Shown here one piece after another: positions 27,776 to 34,531 of a stretch of DNA of 64,000 bases (its first letter is position 1; every line of letters begins with the position of its first letter). The position numbers were made by a program, and so were the translations under genes. This stretch comes from Caulobacter sp. (GTDB lineage: Bacteria; Pseudomonadota; Alphaproteobacteria; Caulobacterales; Caulobacteraceae). Location of the stretch: assembly GCA_031415995.1 (NCBI GenBank), contig JANOSS010000105.1, positions 14,089 through 78,088 of the forward strand, in the 5' to 3' direction. The notes under the pieces are model-generated. The model was not told the DNA's origin, searched no databases, and saw nothing but the letters and a program-made list of their open reading frames with translations.

Positions 27776-27809
27776 CTGCCAACTTCTCGTGATATTTGGT
27801 CTATACCAA
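27776..27809 (+). promoter_or_regulatory. Promoter with operator site 4 over the -10
   Basis: CTGCCA, 16-bp spacer, GGTCTATA inside TTGGTCTATACCAA (27796-27809); same geometry as 19504-19537. Confidence 0.8.
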
Positions 27810-27834
27810 TAGTCAGCCGCTGGATGATCGCAAC

Positions 27835-28014
27835 ATGAGTCCAGCGGACAAGCCGGCCCTGAAGGCCTTGCCTCAGACGCGCGGACCATCTCGGCCGCCG
27901 GCGGCGACGCGCAGCAGCGCCGCCGCCGGCGCGGTGATCGACGCCGCCGCCAGACATCCCTTCGCGCTGGCTGCACTTCCCATTCACAGCCCTGATTCAT
28001 GGAGTACGTTATGA
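27835..28014 (+). CDS. 59-aa upstream ORF overlapping the phosphatase start
   Basis: ATG 25 nt after the operator; TGA overlaps ATG 28011; no clear RBS. Confidence 0.25.
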   Translation: MSPADKPALKALPQTRGPSRPPAATRSSAAAGAVIDAAARHPFALAALPIHSPDSWSTL

Positions 28015-29675
28015 AGAATCCGATCCGGGTGATCCCGCTTCTCCTTGCGCTCCTCGCCGGCATGGCAGGCGCGGCCGGCGCCTATGCCGGCGAGGCCCGG
28101 AAGGCAGGCCATGTGATCATCATCGGCGTGGACGCCCTGAGCCCCGACGGCGTGATGAAGGCCGATACCCCCACCCTGCACGACATGATGAAGCGCGGCA
28201 GCTGGAGCATGCATGCCCGCGGCGTGCTGCCCACCACGAGCGGCGCCAACTGGGCGTCCATCATCGGTGGCGCAGGACCAGAGCAGCACGGCGTGACGAG
28301 CAACGACTGGCAGGTGGGCGAGTTCAATTTCCCCGCTTCGGTGACCGGCTCCGGGGGCTTCTTCCCATCCATCTTCCAGGTGCTCACAGATCAGAAGCCG
28401 GAATGGGAACTAGGCTCGATCTATAACTGGGACGGCTTCGGCAATCTCTACGACCACCGGTTCGTGGACTATGACGTCCACGGCAAGGATGAGGACGAAA
28501 CCACCGCGCTGGCGGTCAATTACATCAAGACCAAGCGGCCTGAGTTCCTGTTTGTGCATTTGGATCATGTCGATCACGCCGGACATGCCCATGGCCACGG
28601 CACGCCGCTGTTTTACGAGGCCGTGGCCAAGGCCGACAAGCTGATCGACAAGATCCGCCAGGCCACGGTGGAGGCCGGCATCGCGGACGAGACGGTGATC
28701 CTGGTCACCTCCGACCATGGCGGCGTGGGCAAGGGGCACGGCGGAGAAAGCCTGGCTGAACTTGAAATTCCCTGGATTGCCTATGGCAAGGACATCAAGC
28801 CGGGCCAGCTTGATCTGCCCATCAACACGTTCGACACCCCCGCCACCGCCGCCTGGCTGCTGGGCGCCAAGATCCCCTACGCCTGGCTAGGGCGCGCCGT
28901 GACGCCAATCCTGAAGGGCGAAAAGGCGCCAGAACAAGCCTATCGCTCCAGCAGCTTTTACGCCTCTCCGGTGATCGAACCGGCAAGCGACGGGAATGCG
29001 CCTGCAGGCGGGCTGTTCATCAACCGGACGGCGAAGATGACCATCCGCAACCCCAACGCCGCCGGACAGGTCCGCTACACGCTGGACAGTTCAATCCCCA
29101 CGGTCGGATCCCCGCTTTACACCGGCCCTGTCGAGATCGCTCGCAACACGATCGTGCGGGCCACGCTGTTCGTTTCCGGCCAAGCCGCCAGCGTTCCCGC
29201 CACGGCCTACTTCCGCATCCTCGACCTGAAAGGTCCCGAGGCGCGCGGGGTGAACTACAAGGTGTATCTGCTGCCGGAGACGCCGGTGCGGCTGCCCGAT
29301 TTCTCCCGGCTCGAGCCCGCAACCGCCGGCACATCCCATGAACTGACCATCGACGGGATGACGCTCCCGCGAGGCGACAGCGTGGCGGTGGTCTTCGAAG
29401 GGTATCTCCACATCGCGGCGGCAGGCGCCTACAGTTTCGCGCTCGCCTCCGACGACGGCAGCAAGCTCTATATCGACGGCAAACAGATAGTCGACAACGA
29501 TGGCGACCACGGCGTGGTTACGGCGAACGGCAACATCGACCTGCAGCCCGGCAAGCATGCGATCAGGGTTGAGTGGTTCAATGGCGGCGGCGGTGCCTGG
29601 TTGGGCGCATACTTCGAAGGCCCAGGCATTCCTCGCCAGTTCATCGATCCAAACCTGCTGACGCCGCAGGAGTGA
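28011..29675 (+). CDS. Secreted alkaline-phosphatase superfamily (NPP/phosphodiesterase-like) enzyme with chitobiase-C/Fn3-like and PA14 domains
   Basis: Sec signal; IIGVDAL, PTTSGANW (Ser nucleophile), HLDHVDHAGH, VTSDHG; QVRYTLDSSIP; FALASDDGSKLYIDG and HAIRVEWFNGGGG. Confidence 0.85.
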   Translation: MKNPIRVIPLLLALLAGMAGAAGAYAGEARKAGHVIIIGVDALSPDGVMKADTPTLHDMMKRGSWSMHARGVLPTTSGANWASIIGGAGPEQHGVTSNDWQVGEFNFPASVTGSGGFFPSIFQVLTDQKPEWELGSIYNWDGFGNLYDHRFVDYDVHGKDEDETTALAVNYIKTKRPEFLFVHLDHVDHAGHAHGHGTPLFYEAVAKADKLIDKIRQATVEAGIADETVILVTSDHGGVGKGHGGESLAELEIPWIAYGKDIKPGQLDLPINTFDTPATAAWLLGAKIPYAWLGRAVTPILKGEKAPEQAYRSSSFYASPVIEPASDGNAPAGGLFINRTAKMTIRNPNAAGQVRYTLDSSIPTVGSPLYTGPVEIARNTIVRATLFVSGQAASVPATAYFRILDLKGPEARGVNYKVYLLPETPVRLPDFSRLEPATAGTSHELTIDGMTLPRGDSVAVVFEGYLHIAAAGAYSFALASDDGSKLYIDGKQIVDNDGDHGVVTANGNIDLQPGKHAIRVEWFNGGGGAWLGAYFEGPGIPRQFIDPNLLTPQE

Positions 29676-29861
29676 GGCGTTTGAGGCGGCCCGGTTCCCG
29701 TAGAACGGCATCTGAAGAATTCAGCGAGACCCAGAGATCGTCCGGGCCTTCGCTGATCCTTGCGATTTGCTTTGGAAGCGGAGACCTCTAGGACTCTCCG
29801 GGTTCGCAACCAGCGCGAATCCGGACGCCTGCGGCAGACACCGCCCAATGCAGAGGCTTGC

Positions 29862-31061
29862 GTGACCGACAAAATCAGCGCCGAGGACTGGCTGCAGCAG
29901 GCGGTCATCGCCAGCAACCAGGGTCTGCACCCCCAAGCGCGCGAGGCTTTCAGTCGCGCGCTGTCGATCGACCCGACGCTGGGCGAGGCGATGCTGGGCC
30001 TTGGCCTCTCGCATATGGCGACGCGGGACTTCAGTGACGCCGTCATGCCTCTTCGTCAGGCGGCCGCGACGCCCGACGCGCCGGCGATCTGGCACGCCTG
30101 CCTGGCCCAGGGCCTCTATATGACCGGTGATTTCGCCGGGTGCGCGGAAGCCTTTGAACGCGCCGCGGCCCTGGAACCTCTGGCGACCAACGCCCGCCTG
30201 ACCCATGCCCGGGCCCGCACCTTCGCCAGCATGATCCAGGGCTCTGTGGACGATGCCCTGGCCCGCTATCCAGCCCTGGCCGGCGATGAAGCCGAGGACA
30301 TCGAGGTCATCGCCCGGGAGGCCTTTGCGATCCTCGGCGTCTTTGGACATGCCCCCGCAGCGGCGGCGGTCGGCGCCTGGCGGCTGGCCCGAAGCCCGGA
30401 CGATCAGATCCAGGCCTATCTGCTGCAGGCGGTCAGCGGGGCGGCGGTCGATCGCGCGCCGGCCGCCTATGTCGAGGCGCATTTCGACCGCTTCGCCGAC
30501 AATTTCGACCACCAGCTGGTCGATCTGCTGAACTATCGCGCTCCAGAGCGGATGGCGCAGTTGATGGAAGGTCACGCCGGCCCGTTCGCCGAGATCCTCG
30601 ACCTGGGCTGCGGCACCGGACTTTCGGCCCCCGCCCTCGCGCGCTTTGGCGGTCGCCTGACCGGCGTCGATCTCTCCGGCGGCATGCTGGACAGGGCAAG
30701 GGCGCGCGGCGGTTATGACCTGCTGGTCCAGGCCGAGGCCGTCGCGTTCCTCGACCAGCATCCGGCCGCCTTCGACCTGGTCTTCGCAGCCGACATGGTG
30801 ATCTATTTCGGCGACCTGTCGGACCTGTTCCGGGCAGCCGCAAAGGCGCTGCGCCCGGGCGGCTTTTTCACCCTGAGCACGGAGGTGGGAGCGGAGGGCT
30901 GGACGTTGCTGAGCTCGGGACGCTTCTCTCACGCGGACGCCTACGTCGCCCAGGCGGCGGGCCCTGAGTTTGCGCTGCTGGACCAGGAACCCATCGCCCT
31001 GCGCCACGAGGGCACGGCGCCCGTCAGGGGAACGCTGCACGTGTTCCAGCGGACCGCCTGA
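29862..31061 (+). CDS. TPR-containing SAM-dependent methyltransferase
   Basis: N-terminal TPRs; YVEAHFDRFADNFD, ILDLGCGTG, GVDLSGGML, GRFSHAD; GTG start after AGAGG. Confidence 0.85.
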   Translation: MTDKISAEDWLQQAVIASNQGLHPQAREAFSRALSIDPTLGEAMLGLGLSHMATRDFSDAVMPLRQAAATPDAPAIWHACLAQGLYMTGDFAGCAEAFERAAALEPLATNARLTHARARTFASMIQGSVDDALARYPALAGDEAEDIEVIAREAFAILGVFGHAPAAAAVGAWRLARSPDDQIQAYLLQAVSGAAVDRAPAAYVEAHFDRFADNFDHQLVDLLNYRAPERMAQLMEGHAGPFAEILDLGCGTGLSAPALARFGGRLTGVDLSGGMLDRARARGGYDLLVQAEAVAFLDQHPAAFDLVFAADMVIYFGDLSDLFRAAAKALRPGGFFTLSTEVGAEGWTLLSSGRFSHADAYVAQAAGPEFALLDQEPIALRHEGTAPVRGTLHVFQRTA

Positions 31062-31066
31062 CCCTT

Positions 31067-32779
31067 ATGTCCGCCATCGCCCTGCCCCATCCACTCATCG
31101 CCCAGGCGCGCGACCTTCTCAATCGGGGCCAGGTCGAACCGGCCCTGGCGACCGCAAGGCGGCGGCTGGCAGAGGCCGCCGATGACATCGACGCCCTGGA
31201 GATCCTGGCCCTGGTCTGCCAGCAGCGTGGACAGGCGGTCGAGGCCGTCAGCCTTCTGGAGCGGATCATCGCCCTCTCGCCGACCCTGGACTGGCCGCGC
31301 GACGACCTGGCGATCCTGCTGGCGGGGTTGGGCCGCAAGGCCCAGGCCGAGGCCGTCGTCCGCGCCGGCCTGGCGCTGAACGCCAGCAACCCCCAGGCCC
31401 TCGCCATGCTGGGAACCCTGCTGACCGAGCGGCGCGACCTGCCCGGCGGCGAGGCGGCGTTCCGAAGCGCCCTGGCGCTGGTGCGCGACCATCCGCCTAC
31501 CCAGACAGCCCTGGCAGCCAATCTGATCGAGCAGGGCAAGCTTGAGGCGGCCGAACCCCTGCTGGCCCGCGCTGACCAGTTGGCACCGGGCGACGGCGCG
31601 ACCCTGGCCCACTGGTCGCGATTGCGCGAGGCCATGGGCGACCTGCCCGCCAGCCGCGCCCTGCTGGACCGCGCCGCGGCGGCGGGGTTCGACGTCACCC
31701 TGCGCCGCGCCGTGCAGTTGGGCCGCGAGCAGCGTCACGCCGAAGCCCTGGCCGTGATCGAGGCCGTCCCCGGTCGCTTAGGCGGCGACGCCCTGCTGGA
31801 AAGCGGTCGCCTGAAGGAAAGGCTGGGACGTCCTGTCGAGGCCTTCGCTGACTTTGTCGAGGGCAAGGCCAGGCTGGCTGCGCGTGACGGCCTGGCCTAT
31901 GACGGCGGCGGCGTGGCCCGCGAGTTCGACGCCCTGGCGCGGCTGGTCGAGACCTGCGCCCCCCTACCCGGCGCGGCGCCGCACGAGGGACCGCAGCCGG
32001 TGTTCGTGTTCGGGTTTCCGCGTTCGGGCACCACCCTGGTCGAGCAGATGCTGTCGAGCCATTCGGCGATCGCGGCCGGCGGCGAGCTGCCGTTCGTCGC
32101 CGAGATGGTCTCGGCGCTGGAGAGCCAGTTTGGCGGCCTTTCGGCGCTGTGGACGCCCGGCGTCGCCGAGGCCCTGCGTGACCTCTATCTCGACCGCGCC
32201 AAAGCGTTCGGGCTGATGGACACCGGCAGGCCCCTGTTCACCGACAAGATGCCGCTCAGCGAAGTCTGGACGCCGGTGATCCGCGCGGCCTTCCCGCAGG
32301 CCAAGCTCATCCGCATGATCCGCCACCCGCTGGATACGGCTGTGTCAATGCTGTCGCACAACCTGACCCATGGCGAGTTCTGCGGCTATCGGATCGAGGA
32401 CATCGCCACGCACATGCGGGCCGTCCATGCCTTGACGGGACGCTATGCCAAGGCGCTGGACGATACGGCGCTGGGGGTCCGCTACGAGGACCTGGTGGCC
32501 GATCCGGAGACCTGGACGCGGCGGCTCCTGGACCATCTCGACCTGCCGTTCGAGCCGGCTTGCCTTCGCTTCCACGAGAACCGCCGCTATGCGCCAACGC
32601 CGTCCTACGCTCAGGTCAGCGAGCCGCTGAACGACCGCTCGATCGGGCGGTGGCGGCAGTATCGCGAGCGGTTGGCACCGCAGGTGGCGGCGCTGGCGGC
32701 CATCACTATGAACCTCGGCTATCCTTCTCCCCTTGCGGGAGAAGGATCAGGCAGACAGCAGCCTGATCGTATCGGCTAG
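31067..32779 (+). CDS. TPR-repeat sulfotransferase
   Basis: TPRs; PVFVFGFPRSGTTLVEQML; FTDKMPL; APTPSYAQVSEPL. Confidence 0.9.
   Translation: MSAIALPHPLIAQARDLLNRGQVEPALATARRRLAEAADDIDALEILALVCQQRGQAVEAVSLLERIIALSPTLDWPRDDLAILLAGLGRKAQAEAVVRAGLALNASNPQALAMLGTLLTERRDLPGGEAAFRSALALVRDHPPTQTALAANLIEQGKLEAAEPLLARADQLAPGDGATLAHWSRLREAMGDLPASRALLDRAAAAGFDVTLRRAVQLGREQRHAEALAVIEAVPGRLGGDALLESGRLKERLGRPVEAFADFVEGKARLAARDGLAYDGGGVAREFDALARLVETCAPLPGAAPHEGPQPVFVFGFPRSGTTLVEQMLSSHSAIAAGGELPFVAEMVSALESQFGGLSALWTPGVAEALRDLYLDRAKAFGLMDTGRPLFTDKMPLSEVWTPVIRAAFPQAKLIRMIRHPLDTAVSMLSHNLTHGEFCGYRIEDIATHMRAVHALTGRYAKALDDTALGVRYEDLVADPETWTRRLLDHLDLPFEPACLRFHENRRYAPTPSYAQVSEPLNDRSIGRWRQYRERLAPQVAALAAITMNLGYPSPLAGEGSGRQQPDRIG
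32722..32746. repeat. REP-like hairpin or terminator remnant directly after the nagE stop
   Basis: tccttctccc-cttgc-gggagaagga; read as PSPLAGEG in the sulfotransferase frame. Confidence 0.65.
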
Positions 32780-34528
32780 CGCATCGGCCTGCGGCCCCAT
32801 CACCACATGGATCGTCCGCTCGCCGATCCGGGCCACGCCGCGTGCGCCCAGGGTCTTGAGAGCAGCCTCGTCTATGGCCAGGGGATCGAGCACCACCACA
32901 CGCAGGCGGCTGGTGCAGCTGCTCAGGCTCTCGATATTGCGCGACCCGCCGAGGGCCGCGACCAAACGTTCGGCTTGCGCCTTGTCGCCCGCAGCAGGGG
33001 GCGCGGCGACGACCGGCCTCGGCGCGGCGGCCTTGGCGACGGCGCCGCCCATGGCCGCGCGGATCTCGCTCGCCACCTGGTCGGCGATCGGACCCAGCAC
33101 CACCTGCAGAGCGCGCTCCGAGGGTCGCACGAGGCCGCGCGCGCCCAGGGCCTTGAGTCGCGGCTCATCAACCACGCCCTGCCCGGTCACCACCATCCGC
33201 AGGCGCGTCGTGCAGGCATCCACCGAGACGAGATTGGCCGCGCCGCCCAAGGCGATCAGGAAGTCCTCGCCGCGTCCGCCGGCCGAGGCCGCGACCGGCG
33301 CGGCAATGGCGTCGTCGGGCTCGCGGCCCGGGGTCTTCAGGTCGAAGCGGACAATCACCCAGCGGAAGACGCCGTAATAGAGCGCGCCATAGACCAGCCC
33401 CACCGGGATCAGCATCAGCGGCCGGGTGGCCTTGTTGAAGTTCAGCACATAGTCGAACAGGCCCGCCGAGAAGCCGAAGCCCAGCTTCACGTCCAGCAGG
33501 TTCATGATCACCATCGACAGGCCCGTCAGCACGGCATGGACCGCGTAGAGGACCGGGGCCAAGAACATGAAGGAGAACTCGATCGGCTCAGTCACCCCGG
33601 TCAGGAACGAGGTCAGGGCCAGGGAGCCGAGCATGCCGCCCACGGCCTTGCGGCGTTCGGGACGGGCGGTGTGCAGCATGGCCAGGCACGCAGCGGGCAG
33701 GCCAAACATCATCACCGGGAAGAAGCCGCTCATGAACGCCCCGGCGGTGGGGTCGCCGGCCGCAAAGCGGTTCAGGTCGCCGGTGGCGCCGTTGAAGTCG
33801 CCCAGAATGAACCAGACCACATTGTTGAGGATGTGGTGCAGGCCCGTGACGATCAGCAGGCGGTTGAGCAGGCCATAGACGAACAGCCCCACATCGCCCG
33901 AGGCGATGACCAGACCGCTGAGACCGTCGACGCCGGCCTCCAGAGAACTCCAGAAGAAGCCAAACAGCAGGGCCAGGAGGACGCCGGCCAGACCCGCAAC
34001 GATCGGTACGAAGCGGCGGCCGCCAAAGAAGGCCAGGTATTCGGGCAGCTTGATGTTGGAATAGCGGTTGTACAGCCAGCCGCTGATCACGCCGGAGAGA
34101 ATGCCGACCGGGATCGACAGCTTGCCGATCTCCTTGGCCTTCCAGGCGGCGATGGTGAGGTCCCTGGCGCTTTCGACGACCGTCGCGGTCACTTCCGGCG
34201 GCACGACCATCAGCGCATCGACGCCCTTGGTGGCGATGACGTAGCAGACCACGCCGGCCAGGCCCGCCGCGCCATGGTTCTCTCGCGCCAGGCCAACGGC
34301 GACGCCGATGGCGAAGATCAGGCCCAGGCTGGAAAAGATCGCCCCGCCCGCTGCGCCGAACACATTGGCGATGTGCAAGGAGATGCCGCCGGTCATGGCG
34401 GCCAGGCCAGGCGCGCCCAGTAGGTCGGGTTGACCGATGCGCAGGAGCAGCGCCGCCACCGGCAACACGGCGATGGGCAGCATCAGGGCGCGGCCCAGGG
34501 GCTGGAGAACTTCGAGCGGCGACTTCAT
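32747..34528 (-). CDS. nagE: PTS N-acetylglucosamine permease EIIC with two EIIB domains
   Basis: LGRALMLPIAVLP, TGLHHILN, LTGVTEPIEF; ACTTRLR and SCTSRLR. Confidence 0.95.
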   Translation of the reverse strand: MKSPLEVLQPLGRALMLPIAVLPVAALLLRIGQPDLLGAPGLAAMTGGISLHIANVFGAAGGAIFSSLGLIFAIGVAVGLARENHGAAGLAGVVCYVIATKGVDALMVVPPEVTATVVESARDLTIAAWKAKEIGKLSIPVGILSGVISGWLYNRYSNIKLPEYLAFFGGRRFVPIVAGLAGVLLALLFGFFWSSLEAGVDGLSGLVIASGDVGLFVYGLLNRLLIVTGLHHILNNVVWFILGDFNGATGDLNRFAAGDPTAGAFMSGFFPVMMFGLPAACLAMLHTARPERRKAVGGMLGSLALTSFLTGVTEPIEFSFMFLAPVLYAVHAVLTGLSMVIMNLLDVKLGFGFSAGLFDYVLNFNKATRPLMLIPVGLVYGALYYGVFRWVIVRFDLKTPGREPDDAIAAPVAASAGGRGEDFLIALGGAANLVSVDACTTRLRMVVTGQGVVDEPRLKALGARGLVRPSERALQVVLGPIADQVASEIRAAMGGAVAKAAAPRPVVAAPPAAGDKAQAERLVAALGGSRNIESLSSCTSRLRVVVLDPLAIDEAALKTLGARGVARIGERTIHVVMGPQADALADTIRLLSA

Positions 34529-34531
34529 CGC

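Larger units (their letters stand above)
18355..32746. other. Accessory island (no integrase) between tRNA-Ser and nagE
   Basis: Begins at the tRNA 3' end; cargo unrelated to flanking core genes; no integrase or tRNA-end duplication seen. Confidence 0.65.

Noticed and set aside
27765-27793. Pho-box-like repeats (CAGTCGC-AAAA-CTGCCAA) at the island phosphatase promoter
   Set aside because: Several mismatches per half-site, and the second half is equally explained as the -35; no convincing equivalent at the phnZ promoter
18355-32779. Active integrative element or prophage at tRNA-Ser
   Set aside because: No integrase, phage or conjugation genes, and no duplicate of the tRNA 3' end found by eye
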